Origin: Mobula hypostoma
Lineage: Eukaryota
Assembly (NCBI RefSeq): GCF_963921235.1
Contig: NC_086097.1
Coordinates: 182,716,001-182,780,000 of the forward strand
Direction of reading: 5' to 3'
Length of the DNA stretch: 64,000 nucleotides
This document shows, piece by piece, positions 15,001 to 29,583 of the stretch. Position 1 is the first letter of the stretch, and every line of letters begins with the position of its first letter. The position numbers and the translations under genes are program-made. The notes below the pieces were generated by a model. The model searched no databases. It saw only the letters and a program-made list of their open reading frames with translations, and was not told where the DNA came from.

Positions 15001-18000
15001 CACACTGTTGGAGGGATGGTACTGAGGGAGAGTCACACTGTTGGAGGATGTACTGAGGGAGAGTCACACTGTTGGAGGGGTGGGACTGAGGGAGAGTCAC
15101 ACTGTTGGAGGGACGGTACTGTGGGAGAGTCACTCTGTTGGAAGGGTGTAACTGAGGGAGAGTCACACTGTTGGAGTGGCCGTACTGAGGGAGGGTCACA
15201 CTGTTAGAGGGGTGGGACTGAGGGAGAGTCACATTGTTGGAGGGACGGTACTGTGGGAGAGTCACACTGTTGGAAGGGTGTAACTGAGGGAGAGCCACAC
15301 TGTTGGAGGGGCGGTACTGAGGGAGTGTCACTGTTGGAGGGGTGTAACTGAGGAAGAGTAACACTGTTGGGGCGGTACTGAGGCAGTGTCACACTGCTGG
15401 TATGTGTAACTGTGGGAGAGTCACGCTGTTGGAGGGGCGGTACTGAGGGAGTGTCACACTGTCGGAGGGTGTACTGAGGGAGAGTCACACTGTCGGAGTG
15501 GTGTACTGAGGGAGAGTCACACTGTTGGCATGTGTAACTGATGGAGAGTCACACTGTTGGAGGGGCGGTACCGAGGGAGTGTCACACTGTTGGAGGGTGT
15601 ACTGAGGGAGAGTCACACAGTTGGAGCGTGGTACCGAGGGAGTGTCACACTGTTGGAGTGGTGGTAGTGAGGACGAGTCACACTGTGGGAGGGGTGGTAC
15701 TGAGCGAGATTTACACTGTTGGAGTGGTGGTACTGAGGGAGTGCACACTGTTGAAGGGGTGTAACTGAGGTAGAGTCACACTGTTGGAGTGGTGTACTGA
15801 GGGAGAGGCAGACTGTTGGAGTGGTCTATTGAGGGAGAATCACACTGTTGGAGGGGTGTACGAGGGAGAGTCACACTGTTGGAGTAGTGAACTGAGGGAG
15901 AGTCACACTGTTGGCGTGTGTAACTGAGGGAGAGTCACACTGTTGGAGTGGTGTACTGAGGGAGAGTCAGACTGTTGGAGTGGTGTACTGAGGGAGGGTC
16001 ACATTGTTGGAGGGGTGGGACTGTGGGAGCGTCACGCTGTTGGAGGGACGGTACTGAGGGAGAGTCACACTGTTGGAGTGGCGGTACCTAGGGAGTGTCA
16101 CACTTTGGAGGGGTGTAACTGAGGGAGATTCACACTGTTGGGGCGGTACTGAGAGAGTGCCACAGTGTTGGAGTGATGGTACTAAGAGAGTCACACAGTT
16201 GGAGCAGTGGTACTGAGGGAGTGACACACTGTTGAAGCGGTGTAACTGAGGGAGAGTCAAACTGTTGGAGGGGGATTGAGGGAAAGTCACACTGTTGGCG
16301 TGTGTAACTGTGGGAGAGTCACACTGTCGGAGTGGTGTACTGAGAGAGAGTCATATTGTCAGAGTGGTGTACTGAGGGAGAGTCACACTGTTGGCACATG
16401 TAACTGAGGAAGAGTCACACTGTTGGAGGGGTATTGAGGGAGAGTCACACTGTTGGCGTGTGTAACTGTGTGAGAGTCACACTGTCGGAGTGGTGTACTG
16501 AGGGAGAGTGATATTGTCAGAGTGGTGTACTGAGGGAGAGTCACACTGTTGGCATGTGTAACTGAGGGAGTCACACTGTTGGAGGATGGTACTCAGGGAG
16601 TGTCACACTGTTGGGAGTGGTGGCAGTGAGGGCGAGTCACAATGTGGGAGGGGTGGTACTGAGGGAGATTTACACTGTTGGAGTGGTGGTACTGAGGGAG
16701 TGACACACTTTTGAAGGGGTGTAACTGAGGGAGACTCACACTGTTGGAGTGGTGTACTGAGGGAGAGGCAGACTGTTGGAGTGGTCTATTGAGGGAGAAT
16801 CACACTGTTGGAGGGGTGTACGAGGGAGAGTCACACTGTTGGAGTAGTGAACTGTGGGAGAGTCACACTGTTGGCGTGTGTAACTGAGGGAGAGACACAC
16901 TGTTGAAGGGGTGTAACTGAGGGAGAGTCACACTGTTGGAGTGGTGTACTGAGGGAGAGTCAGACTGTTGGAGTGGTGTACTGAGGGAGAGTCATATTGT
17001 CAGAGTGGTGTACTGAGGGAGAGTCACACTGTTGGCATGTGTAACTGAGGGAGAGTCACACTGTTGGAGGATGGTACTGAGGGAGAGTCACACTGTTGGA
17101 GGGGACTGAGGGATAGTCACACTGTCAGAGTGGTGCACTGAGGGTGAGTCACACTGTTGGCGTGTGTAACTGAGGGAGAGTCACACTGTTGGAGGATGGT
17201 ACTGAGGGAGAGTCACACTTTTGGAGTGGACGGAGAGATAGTCACACTTTCAGAGTGGTCCACTGAGGGAGAGTCACGCTGCTGGAGGGGGACTGAGGGA
17301 GAGTCACACTGTTGGAGGAACGGGACTGAGGGAGAGTCACACTGTTGGAAGGGTGTAACTGAGAGAGAGTCACACTGTTGGAGTGGTGGTACTGAGGGAG
17401 AGTTACACTGTTGGAGGGGCGGTACTGATGGAGTGTCACACTGTCGGAGGGTGTACTGAGGGAGAGTCACACTGTCGGAGTGGTGTACTGAGGGAGTGCC
17501 AGACTGTTGGCATGTGTAACTGAGGGAGAGTCACACTGTTGGAGGGATGGTACTGAGGGAGAGTCACACTGTTGGAGGATGTACTGAGGGAGAGTCACAC
17601 TGTTGGAGGGGTGGGACTGAGGGAGAGTCACACTGTTGGAGGGACGGTACTGTGGGAGAGTCACTCTGTTGGAAGGGTGTAACTGAGGGAGAGTCACACT
17701 GTTGGAGTGGCCGTACTGAGGGAGGGTCACACTGTTAGAGGGGTGGGACTGAGGGAGAGTCACATTGTTGGAGGGACGGTACTGTGGGAGAGTCACACTG
17801 TTGGAAGGGTGTAACTGAGGGAGAGCCACACTGTTGGAGGGGCGGTACTGAGGGAGTGTCACTGTTGGAGGGGTGTAACTGAGGAAGAGTAACACTGTTG
17901 GGGCGGTACTGAGGCAGTGTCACACTGCTGGTATGTGTAACTGTGGGAGAGTCACGCTGTTGGAGGGGCGGTACTGAGGGAGTGTCACACTGTCGGAGGG

Positions 18001-21000
18001 TGTACTGAGGGAGAGTCACACTGTCGGAGTGGTGTACTGAGGGAGAGTCACACTGTTGGCATGTGTAACTGATGGAGAGTCACACTGTTGGAGGGGCGGT
18101 ACCGAGGGAGTGTCACACTGTTGGAGGGTGTACTGAGGGAGAGTCACACAGTTGGAGCGTGGTACCGAGGGAGTGTCACACTGTTGGAGTGGTGGTAGTG
18201 AGGACGAGTCACACTGTGGGAGGGGTGGTACTGAGCGAGATTTACACTGTTGGAGTGGTGGTACTGAGGGAGTGACACACTGTTGAAGGGGTGTAACTGA
18301 GGTAGAGTCACACTGTTGGAGTGGTGTACTGAGGGAGAGGCAGACTGTTGGAGTGGTCTATTGAGGGAGAATCACACTGTTGGAGGGGTGTACGAGGGAG
18401 AGTCACACTGTTGGAGTAGTGAACTGAGGGAGAGTCACACTGTTGGCGTGTGTAACTGAGGGAGAGTCACACTGTTGGAGTGGTGTACTGAGGGAGAGTC
18501 AGACTGTTGGAGTGGTGTACTGAGGGAGGGTCACATTGTTGGAGGGGTGGGACTGTGGGAGCGTCACGCTGTTGGAGGGACGGTACTGAGGGAGAGTCAC
18601 ACTGTTGGAGTGGCGGTACCTAGGGAGTGTCACACTTTGGAGGGGTGTAACTGAGGGAGAGTCACACTGTTGGGGCGGTACTGAGAGAGTGCCACAGTGT
18701 TGGAGTGATGGTACTAAGAGAGTCACACAGTTGGAGCGGTGGTACTGAGGGAGTGACACACTGTTGAAGCGGTGTAACTGAGGGAGAGTCAAACTGTTGG
18801 AGGGGGATTGAGGGAAAGTCACACTGTTGGCGTGTGTAACTGTGGGAGAGTCACACTGTCGGAGTGGTGTACTGAGAGAGAGTCATATTGTCAGAGTGGT
18901 GTACTGAGGGAGAGTCACACTGTTGGCACATGTAACTGAGGAAGAGTCACACTGTTGGAGGGGTATTGAGGGAGAGTCACACTGTTGGCGTGTGTAACTG
19001 TGTGAGAGTCACACTGTCGGCGTGGTGTACTGAGGGAGAGTGATATTGTCAGAGTGGTGTACTGAGGGAGAGTCACACTGTTGGCATGTGTAACTGAGGG
19101 AGTCACACTGTTGGAGGATGGTACTCAGGGAGTGTCACACTGTTGGGAGTGGTGGCAGTGAGGGCGAGTCACAATGTGGGAGGGGTGGTACTGAGGGAGA
19201 TTTACACTGTTGGAGTGGTGGTACTGAGGGAGTGACACACTGTTGAAGGGGTGTAACTGAGGGAGACTCACACTGTTGGAGTGGTGTACTGAGGGAGAGG
19301 CAGACTGTTGGAGTGGTCTATTGAGGGAGAATCACACTGTTGGAGGGGTGTACGAGGGAGAGTCACACTGTTGGAGTAGTGAACTGTGGGAGAGTCACAC
19401 TGTTGGCGTGTGTAACTGAGGGAGAGACACACTGTTGAAGGGGTGTAACTGAGGGAGAGTCACACTGTTGGAGTGGTGTACTGAGGGAGAGTCAGACTGT
19501 TGGAGTGGTGTACTGAGGGAGAGTCATATTGTCAGAGTGGTGTACTGAGGGAGAGTCACACTGTTGGCATGTGTAACTGAGGGAGAGTCACACTGTTGGA
19601 GGATGGTACTGAGGGAGAGTCACACTGTTGGAGGGGACTGAGGGATAGTCACACTGTCAGAGTGGTGCACTGAGGGTGAGTCACACTGTTGACGTGTGTA
19701 ACTGAGGGAGAGTCACGCTGCTGGAGGGGGACTGAGGGAGAGTCACACTGTTGGAGGAACAGGACTGAGGGAGAGTCACACTGTTGGAAGGGTGTAACTG
19801 AGAGAGAGTCACACTGTTGGAGTGGTGGTACTGAGGGAGAGTTACACTGTTGGAGGGGCGGTACTGAGGGAGTCTCACACTGTCGGAGGGTGTACTGAGG
19901 AAGAGTCACACTGTCGGAGGGACGGTACCGAGGGAGTGTCACACTGTTGGAGGGTGTACTGAGGGGGAGTCACACAGCTGGAGCGTGGTACCGAGGGACT
20001 GTCACACTGTTGGGAGTGGTGGTAGTGAGGGCGAGTCACAATGTGGGAGGGGTGGTACTGAGGGAGATTTACACTGTTGGAGTGGTGGTACTGAGGGAGT
20101 GACACACTGTTGAAGGGGTGTAACTGAGGGAGACTCACACTGTTGGAGTGGTGTACTGAGGGAGAGGCAGACTGTTGGAGTGGTCTATTGAGGGAGAATC
20201 ACACTGTTGGAGGGGTGTACGAGTGAGAGTCACACTGTTGGAGTAGTGAACTGTGGGAGAGTCACACTGTTGGCGTGTGTAACTGAGGGAGAGACACACT
20301 GTTGAAGGGGTGTAACTGAGGGAGAGTCACACTGTTGGAGTGGTGTACTGAGGGAGAGTCAGACTGTTGGAGTGGTGTACTGAGGGAGGGTCACATTGTT
20401 GGAGGGGTGGGACTGTCGGAGAGTCACGCTGTTGGAGGGACGGTACTGAGGGAGAGTCACACTGTTGGAGTGGCGGTACCTAGGGAGTGTCACACTGTTG
20501 GAGGGGTGTAACTGAGGGAGAGTCAAACTGTTGGAGGGGAATTGAGGGAAAGTCACACTGTTGGCGTGTGTAACTGTGGGAGAGTCACACTGTCGGAGTG
20601 GTGTACTGAGGAAGAGTCATATTGTCAGAGTGGTGTACTGAGGGAGAGTCACACTGTTGGCATGTGTAAATGAGGGAGAGTCACACTATCGGAGTGGTGT
20701 ATTGAGGGAGAGTCATGTTGTCAGAGTGGTGTACTGAGGGAGAGTCACACTGTTGGCATGTGTAACTGAGGGAGAGTCACACCGTTGGAGGGGTGGGACT
20801 GAGGGAGAGTCACACTGTCAGAGTGGTGCACTGAGGGAGAGTCACACTGTTGGCGTGTGTAACTGAGGGAGAGTCACGCTACTGGAGGGGGACTGAGGGA
20901 GAGTCACACTGTTGGAGGAAGGGGACTGAGGGAGAGTCACACTGTTGGAAGGGTGTAACTGAGAGAGAGTCACACTGTTGAAGCGGTGTAACTGAGGGAC

Positions 21001-24000
21001 AGTCACGCTGCTGGAGGGGGACTGAGGGAGAGTCACACTGTTGGAGGGGACTGAGGGATAGTCACACTGTCAGAGTGGTGCACTGAGGGAGAGTCACACT
21101 GTTGGCGTGTGTAACTGAGGGAGAGTCACGCTACTAGAGGGGGACTGAGGGAGAGTCACACTGTTGGAGGAACGGGACTGAGAGAGAGTCACACTGTTGG
21201 AGGGGTGGTACTGAGGGAGTGTCACACTGTTGGAGTGGTGGTAGTGAGGGCGAGTCACACTGTGGGAGGGGTGGTACTGAGGGAGATTTACACTGTTGGA
21301 CGGGGACTGAGGGAGGGTCACATTGTTGGAGGGGAGGGACTGAGGGAGAGTCACACTGTTGGAGGGCTGTAACTGAGGGAGAGTAACACTGTTGGGGCGG
21401 TACTGAGGGAGTTTCACACTGTTGGAGAGGCGGTACCGAGGGAGTGTCACACTGTTTTAGTGGAGGTACTGAGAGAGAGTCACACTGTTGGAGGGGTGGG
21501 ACTGAGGGAGAGTCACACAGTTGGGGCGGTACTGAGAGAGTGCCACACTGTTGGAGTGATGGTACTGAGAGAGTCACACAGTTGGAGCGGTGGTACTGAG
21601 GGAGTGACACACTGTTGAAGCAGTGTAACAGAGGGAGAGTCACACTTTTGGGGGGGGGATTGAGGGAAAGTCACACTGTTGGCGTGTGTAATTGTGGGAG
21701 AGTCATACTGTCGGAGTGGTGTACTGAAGGAGAGTCATATTGTCGGAGTGGTGTACTGAGGGAGAGTCACACTGTTGGCATGTGTAACTGAGGGAGAGTC
21801 ACTCTGTTGGAGGATGGTACTGAGGGAGAGTCACACTGTTGGAGGGTGTACTGAGGGGGAGTCACACAGTTGGAGCGTGGTACCGAGGGAGTGTCACACT
21901 GTTGGAGTGGTGGTAGTGAGGGAGTGACACACTGTTGAAGGGGTGTAACTGAGGGAGAGTCACAGTGTTGGAGTGGTCTATTGAGGGAGAATCACACTGT
22001 TGGAGGGGTGTACGAGGGAGAGTCACACTGTTGGAGTAGTGAACTGAAGGAGAGTCACACTGTTGGCGTGTGTAATTGAGGGAGAGACACACTGTTGAAG
22101 GGGTGTAACTGAGGGAGAGTCACACTGTTGGAGTGGTGTACTGAGGGAGAGTCAGACTGTTGGAGTGGTGTACTGAGGGAGGGTCACATTGTTGGAGGGG
22201 TGGGACTGTGGGAGAGTCACACTGTTGGAGGGACGGTACTGAGGGAGAGTCACACTGTTGGAGTGGCGGTACCTAGGGAGTGTCACACTGTTGGAGGGGT
22301 GTAACTGAGGGAGAGTCACACTGTTGGGGCGGTACTGAGGGAGTTCCACACTGTTGGAGTGATGGTACTGAGAGAGTCACACATTTGGAGCGGTGGTACT
22401 GAGGGAGTGACACACTGTTGAAGCAGTGTAACAGAGGGAGAGTCACACTGTTGGAGGGGGATTGAGGGAAAGTCACCCTGTTGGCGTGTGTAACTGTGTG
22501 AGAGTCACACTGTCGGAGTGGTGTACTGAGGGAGAGTCATATTGTCAGAGTGGTGTACTGAGGGCGAGTCACACTGTTGGCATGTGTAACTGAGGGAGAG
22601 TCACACTGTTGGAGGATGGTACTGAGGGAGAGTCACACTGTTGGAGGAATGGGACTGAGGGAGAGTCACACTGTTGGAAGGGTGTAACTGAGAGAGAGTC
22701 ACACTGTTGGAGTGGTGGTACTGAGGGAGAGTTACACTGTTGGAGGGGCGGTACTAATGGAGTGTCACACTGTCGGAGGGTGTACTGAGGGAGAGTCACA
22801 CTGTCGGAGTGGTGTACTGAGGGAGAGCCAGACTGTTGGCATGTGTAACTGAGGGAGAGTCACACTGTTGGAGTGGTGGTACTGAGGGAGTTTCACACTG
22901 TTGGAGGGGCAGTACCGAGGGAGTGTCACACTGTTGGAGGGTGTACTGAGGGGGAGTCACACTGTTGGAGGTGCAGTACCGAGGGAGTGTCACACTGTTG
23001 GAGGGTGTACTGAGGGAGAGTCACACTGTTAGAGTGGCGGTACTGAGGGAGAGTCACTCTGTTGGAGTTGCGGTACTGAGGGAGAGTCACACTGTGGGAG
23101 TGGTGTACTGAGGGAGAGTCACACTGTTGGAGGGGCGGTACTGAGGGAGTGTCACACTGTTGGAGTGGTACTGAGGGAGTGACACCCTGTTGAAGCGGTG
23201 TAACTGAGGGAGAGTCACACTGTTAGAGGGGTACATGAGGGAGAGTCACACTGTTAGAGGGGTACATGAGGGAAAGTCACACTGTCGGAGTGGTGTACTG
23301 AGGGAGTGTCACACTGTTGGAGGATGTACTGAGGGGGAGTCACACTGTTGGAGGCGCGGTACCGAGGGAGTGTCACACTGTTGGAGGGTGTACTGAGGGA
23401 GAGTCACACTGTTAGAGTGGCGGTACTGAGGGAGACTCACTCTGTTGGAGTTGCGGTACTGAGGGAGAGTCACACTGTGGGAGTGGTGTACTGAGGGAGA
23501 GTCACAGTGTTGGCGGGGCGGTACTGAGGGAGTGTCACTGTTAGAGAGGTGTAACTGAGAGAGACTGTTGGGGTGTTGGTATTGAAGGAGTGTCACACTG
23601 TTGGAGGGTGTACTGAGGGGGAGTCATACTATTGGAGGGGCGGTACCGAGGGAGTGTCACACTGTTGGAGGGTGTACTGAGGGAGAGTCACACTGTTAGA
23701 GTGGCGGTACTGAGGGAGAGTCACACTGTTGGAGTTGCGGTACTGAGGGAGAGTCACACTGTTGGATTGGTGGGACTGAGGGAGAGTCACACTGTGGGAG
23801 TGGAGTACTTAGGGGGAGTCACACTGTTGGAGGGGCGGTACCGAGGGAGTGTCACACTGTTGGAGGGTGTACTGAGGGAGAGTCACACTGTTGGAGGGAG
23901 ACTGAAGGAGAGTCATACTGTCAGATTGGTGCACTGAGGGTGAGTCACACTGTTTGCGTTTGTAACTGAGGGAGAGTCACACTGTTGGAAGGGTTTAACT

Positions 24001-27000
24001 GAGGGAGAGTCACACTGTTGGAGTGGTGGTACTGAGGGAGAGTCACACTGTTGAAGGGGCGGTACTGAGGGAGTGTCACACTGTTGGAGTGGTGTAACTG
24101 AGGGAGTATCACACTGTTGGGGTGGTACTGGGGAGTGACACCCTGTTGAAGCGGTGTAACTGAGGGAGAGTCACACTGTTAGAGGGGTGTATGAGGGAGA
24201 GTCACACTGTTGGAGTGGTGCACTGAGGGAGATTCACACTGTTGGTGTGTGTAACTGAGGGAGAGTCACACTGTTGGAGGGGGACTGAGGGAGAGTCACA
24301 CTGTTGGCGTGTGTAACTGAGGGAGAATCACACTGTTGGCATGTGTAACTGAGGGAGAGTCACACTATTCGAGTGGTGTCCTAAGGGAGAATCACACAGT
24401 TGGCGTGTGTAACTGTGGGAGAGTCACACTGTTGAAGGGGTGGTACTGAGTGAGAGTCACACTGTTGGAGGGGGACTGAGGGAGGGTCACACTGTTGGAG
24501 GGGGACTGAGGGAGGGTCACATTGCTGGAGGGGTGGGTCTGAGGGAGAGCCACACTGTTGGAGTGGTGGTACTGAGGGAGAGTCACACTGTTGGAGGGTG
24601 TACTGAGGGAGAGCCACACTGTTGGAGTGGCGGTACTGAGGGAGAGTCACACTTTTGGAGGGGCAGAACTGAGCGAGTGTCACTGTTGGAGGGGTGTAAC
24701 TGAGGGAGAGTCACACTGTTGGAGTGGGACTGAGGGAAAGTCACACTGTTGGAGTGGTGTACTGAGGGAGTGTCACACTGTTGGCATGTGTAACTGAGGG
24801 AGAGTCACACTGTTGGAGTGGTGTACTGAGGGAGAGTCACAGTGTTGGAGGGGTGGTACTGAAGGAGTGTCACACTGTTGGAGGGGCGGTACCGAGGGAG
24901 TGTCACACTGTTGGAGGGTGTACTGAGGGGGAGTCATACTATTGGGGGGGCGGTACCGAGGGAGTGTCACACTGTTGGAGGGTGTACTTAGGGAGAGTCA
25001 CACTGTTGGAGTGGCGGTACTGAGAGAGAGTCAAACTGTTGGAATGGCGGTACTGAGGGAGAGTCACACTGTTGGAGGGGCAGTACTGAGTGAGTGTCAC
25101 ACTCTTGGAGGGTGTACTGAGGGAGAGTCACACTGTTGGAGTGGCGGTACTGAGGGAGAGTCACACTGTTGGAGTGGTGGTACTGAGGGAGTGACACACT
25201 GTTGAAGGGGTGTAACTGAGGGAGAGTCACACTGTTGGAGTGACGGTACTGAGGGAGAGTCATACTGTTGGAGGGGTGTAACTGAGGGAGAGTCACACTG
25301 TTGGAGTGGTGTACTGAGGGAGAGTCACGTTGTTGGCGTGTGCAACTGAGGGAGTGTCACACTGTTGGGGCGGTACTGAGGGAGCGACACACTGTTGGAG
25401 TGTTGTTTTGAGCGAGTGCCACACTGTTGGAGTGGTGGTAGTGAGGGCGAGTCACACTGTGAGAGGGGTGTACTGAGGGAGTGACACACTGTTGGAGTGG
25501 TGGTAGTGAGGGAGTGATACACTGTTGAAGCGGTGTAACGGAGGGAGAGTCACACTGTTAGAGGGGTGTACGAGGGAGAGTCGCACTGTTGGAGTGGTGT
25601 ACTGAGTGAGAGTCACACTGTTGGCGTGTGTAACTGAGGGAGAGTCACACTGTTGGAGTGGTGCACTGAGGGAGAATTACACTGTTGGCGTGTGTAACTG
25701 AGGGAGAGTCACAATGTTGGAGGGAAGGTACTGAGGGAGAGTCACACTTTTGGAGTGGTGGTACTGAGGGAGTGACACACTGTTGAAGGGTTGTAACTGA
25801 GGGAGAGTCACACTGTTGGAGTGGTGTACTGAGGGAGAGTCACACCGTTGGAGCGGCGGTACTGAGGGTGTGACACACTGTTGGAGTGTTGTATTGAGCG
25901 AATGCCACACTGTTGGAGTGGTGGTACTGAGGGAGAGTCACACTGTTGGAGAGGTGGTACTGAGGGAGTGACACACTTTTGAAGCGGTGTAACTGAGGGA
26001 GAGTCACACTGTTGGAAGGGGACTGAGGGAAAGTCACACTGTCGGAGTGGTGTACTGAGGGAGAGTCACACTGTTGGCATGTGTAACTGAGGGAGAGTCA
26101 CACTGTTGGAGTAGTGTACTGAGGGAGAATTACACTGTTGGCGTGTGTAACTGAGGGAGAGTCACAATGTTGGAGTGGTGCACTGAGGGAGAATTACACT
26201 GTTGGCGTGTGTAACTGAGGGAGAGTCACAATGTTGGAGGGAAGGTACTGAGGGAGAGTCACACTGTTGGATGGGGACTGAGGGAGGGTCACATTGTTGG
26301 AGGGGTAGGACTGAGGGAGAGTCACACTGTTGGAGGGACGGTACTGAGGAAGAGTCACACTTTTGGAAGGGTGTAACTGAGGGAGAGTCACACTGTCGGA
26401 GTGGTGTACTGAGGGAGAGTCACACTGTTGGAGGGTTGGTACTGAGGTAGTGTCACACTGTTGGAGGGGTGTAACTGAGGGAGAGTCACACTGTTGGGGC
26501 GGTACTGAGGGAGAGTCACACAGCTGGAGGGGCAGTACTGAGGGAGAGTCACACTGTTGGAGGTGTGTAACTGAGGGAGTGTCACACTGTTGGGGTGGTA
26601 CTGAGGGAGAGTCACACTGTTGGCGTGTGTAACTGAGGGAGAATCACACTATTGGCGTGTGTAACTGAGGGAGAGTTACACTGTCGGAGTGGTATAATGA
26701 GGGAGAGTCACACTGTTGGCATGTGTAACTGAGGGAGAGTCACACTGTTGGAGTGGTGTCTTGAGGGAGAGTCACACCGTTGGCGTGTAACTGAGGGAGA
26801 GTCACACTGTTGGGGCGGTACTGAGGGAGTGACACACTGTTGGAGGGGGACTGAGGTAGAGTCAGACTGTTGGAGGGGGACTGAGGGAGAGTCACACTGT
26901 TGGAGTGGTGGCAGTGAGGGCGAGTCACACTGTGGGATGCGTGGTACTGAGGGAGAGTCACACTGTTGGAGTGGTGGTACTGAGGGAGTGACACACTGTT

Positions 27001-28850
27001 GAAGGGTTGTAACTGAGGGAGAGTCACACTGTTGGAGTGGTGTACTGAGGGAGAGTCACACCGTTGGAGCGGCGGTACTGAGGGTGTGACACACTGTTGG
27101 AGTGTTGTATTGAACGAATGCCACACTGTTGGAGTGGTGGTACTGAGGGAGAGTCACACTGTTGGAGAGGTGGTACTGAGGGAGTGACACACTTTTGAAG
27201 CGGTGTAACTGAGGGAGAGTCACACTGTTGGAAGGGGACTGAGGGAAAGTCACACTGTCGGAGTGGTGTACTGAGGGAGAGTCACACTGTTGGCATGTGT
27301 AACTGAGGGAGAGTCACACTGTTGGAGTAGTGTACTGAGGGAGAATTACACTGTTGGCGTGTGTAACTGAGGGAGAGTCACAATGTTGGAGGGAAGGTAC
27401 TGAGGGAGTGTCACACTGTTGGATGGGGACTGAGGGAGAGTCACACTGTTGGAGGGACGGTACTGAGAGTCACACTGTTGGAAGGGTGTACCTGACGGAG
27501 TGTCACAGTGTTGGAGTGGTGGTACTGAGGGAGAGTCACACTGTTGGAGGGGTGGTACTGAGGGAGTGTCACACTGTTGGAGGGGTGTAACTGAGGGAGG
27601 GTCACACTGTTGAAGCCAAGTAACGGAGGGAGAGTCACACTGTTAGAGGGGTGTACGAGGGAGAGTCACACTGTTGGCGTGTGTAACTGAGGGAGAGTCA
27701 CACTGTTGGCGTGTGTAACTGAGGGAGAGTCATACTGTTAGAGGGTTGTACGAGGGAGAGTCACACTGTTGGCGTGTGTAACTGAGGGAGAGTCACACTG
27801 TTGGAGTGGCGGTACTGAGGGAGTGTCACACTGTTGGAGGGACGGTACTAAGGGAGCGTCACACTGTCAGAGTGGTGTACTGAGGGTGAGTCACACTGTT
27901 GGCGTGTGTAACTGAGGGAGAGTCACACTGTTGGAGGGGACTGAGGGTGTGTGACACTTTTGGAGGGGTGGGATTGAGGGAGAGTCACACTGTTGGATAG
28001 GCGGTACTAAGGGAGAGTCACACTGTTGAAGGGGTGTACTGAAGGAGAGTCACACTGTTGGAGTGGTGTGCTGAGGGAGAGTCACACTGTTGGAGGGGTG
28101 TACTGAGGGAGTGTCACACTGTTGGATGGGCGGTACTGAGGGAGAGTCACACTGTGGGAGTGGTGGTACTGAGGTAGAGTCATACTGTGGGAGTGTCGGT
28201 ACTGAGGTAGTGTCACACTGTTGGGGTGATGTACTGAGGGAGAGTCACACTGTTGGACTGGGGAACTGGGGGAGAGTCACACTGTTGGAGGGTTGTAACT
28301 GAGGAAGGGTCACACTGTTGGATGGGCGGTACTGAGGGAGAGTCACACTGTGGGAGTGGTTTTAATGAGGGAGAGTCACACTGTTGGAGGGGTGGTACTG
28401 AGGGAGAGTCACACTGTTGGAGGGGTGTATTGAGGGAGTGTCACAGTGTTGGAGTGGTGTACTGAGGGAGGGTCACACTGTTGGAGTGGTGTACTGAGGG
28501 AGAGTCACACTGTTGGAGTGGTGTACTGAGGGAAAGTCACACTGTTGGATGGGCGGTACTGAGGGAGGGTCACACTGTTGGAGTGGTGTACTGAGGGAGA
28601 GTCACACTGTTGGAGTGGTGTACTGAGGGAGAGTCACACTGTTGGAGGGGTGGTACTGAGGGAAAGTCACACTGTTGGAGGGGTGTACTGAGGGAGTGTC
28701 ACAGTGTTGGAGTGGTGTACTGAGGGAGAGTCACACTGTTGGATGGGCGGTACTGAGGGAGGGTCACACTGTTGGAGTGGTGTACTGAGGGAGAGTCACA
28801 CTGTTGGAGTGGTGTACTGAGGGAGAGTCACAGTGTTGGATGGGCGGTAT
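1..28850. repeat. Large tandem minisatellite/satellite array, ~31-32 bp unit (consensus approx. ACTGAGGGAGAGTCACACTGTTGGAG-[5-7 nt variable]), ~900 units, open at the window start
   Basis: The core ACTGAGGGAGAGTCACACTGTTGG recurs continuously from base 1 to ~28850 with a variable linker (TGGTGGT, GGGTGT, GGACGGT, CGTGTGTA etc.). No unique-sequence island was seen. Copy number is length divided by unit length. Confidence 0.98.
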
Positions 28851-29583
28851 TTGGAAATTGTTGCATCCACTCCTGGATCAGTGAACTGCTGGGCTCGTCC
28901 TCATGGTGTGTGGGGTATCGATAGACAATCACCGGTCACGGGTGCTGGGACAGGCTCCCTCCCAGGGGAGGTGTCTCTCACCAGCTCGTCCCCACTGACT
29001 CAGTTCCAGTTCCAAGTACCAGTACAGTTCCTGGAGCCAGTGCGATTGAGCAGAAACCACAGTGCACAGGGCTCACGGACCAGTGGGCTCTGGTTTGGAG
29101 GAGGGGTAAACTCAGGAAAGGAACTGTATGGAGAATGTGTAGGGTTGGGGGCTTAGGGGCAGTTGAGGCATTATTGGTGTGGGGATTGTTCGGGAGTGCT
29201 GCGGCAGAGACATCTCAGACAGGGAGGACGGGAGCTTGTGCTGACTGATGTGAGGAAGGGGGTTGTATGGGGAGGGGAGTGTTTGTGGGTGAGGGATGTG
29301 TGGGAGGGTGTGCGGGAAGAGTTTGTGGGAAAGGGGTGGGTGTGGGTATGAAACAATTGTCTGGGGGGTGATGAGCCTGGGGACGGATAGGTTCTGAGCA
29401 TGCGGAGTGTGTGGGAGTGATCAGTACGGGGAGGTTTGTGGGTGAGAGGAGGGTCTGGGGGTGACTGGTGCAGGGAGTTTGTAAGTGGGGGTGAGGTCTG
29501 GGTGACCAGTTTGGTGAGGGTGCAGGGCTGGGGTGTGTGTCTGGGGGTGACTGGTGAGGGAAGGGAGTTGTGGTTGGAGGTAG

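Noticed and set aside
1..28850. Dozens of ORFs with periodic peptides (ESHCW, SVTLPQ, QQCDSPS) suggesting a repetitive Cys/His protein
   Set aside because: They occur in all frames on both strands, the unit length is not a stable multiple of 3, and frames break constantly; these are translation artefacts of the satellite.
1..28850. CRISPR-like constant repeat with variable spacer
   Set aside because: Variable parts are only ~5-8 nt and are reused; no cas genes; vertebrate context.
1..28850. RAG recombination-signal heptamers (CACAGTG/CACTGTG) in some unit variants
   Set aside because: The common unit is CACTGTT, no ACAAAAACC-like nonamer at 12/23 bp spacing was seen, and there are no V/D/J segments.
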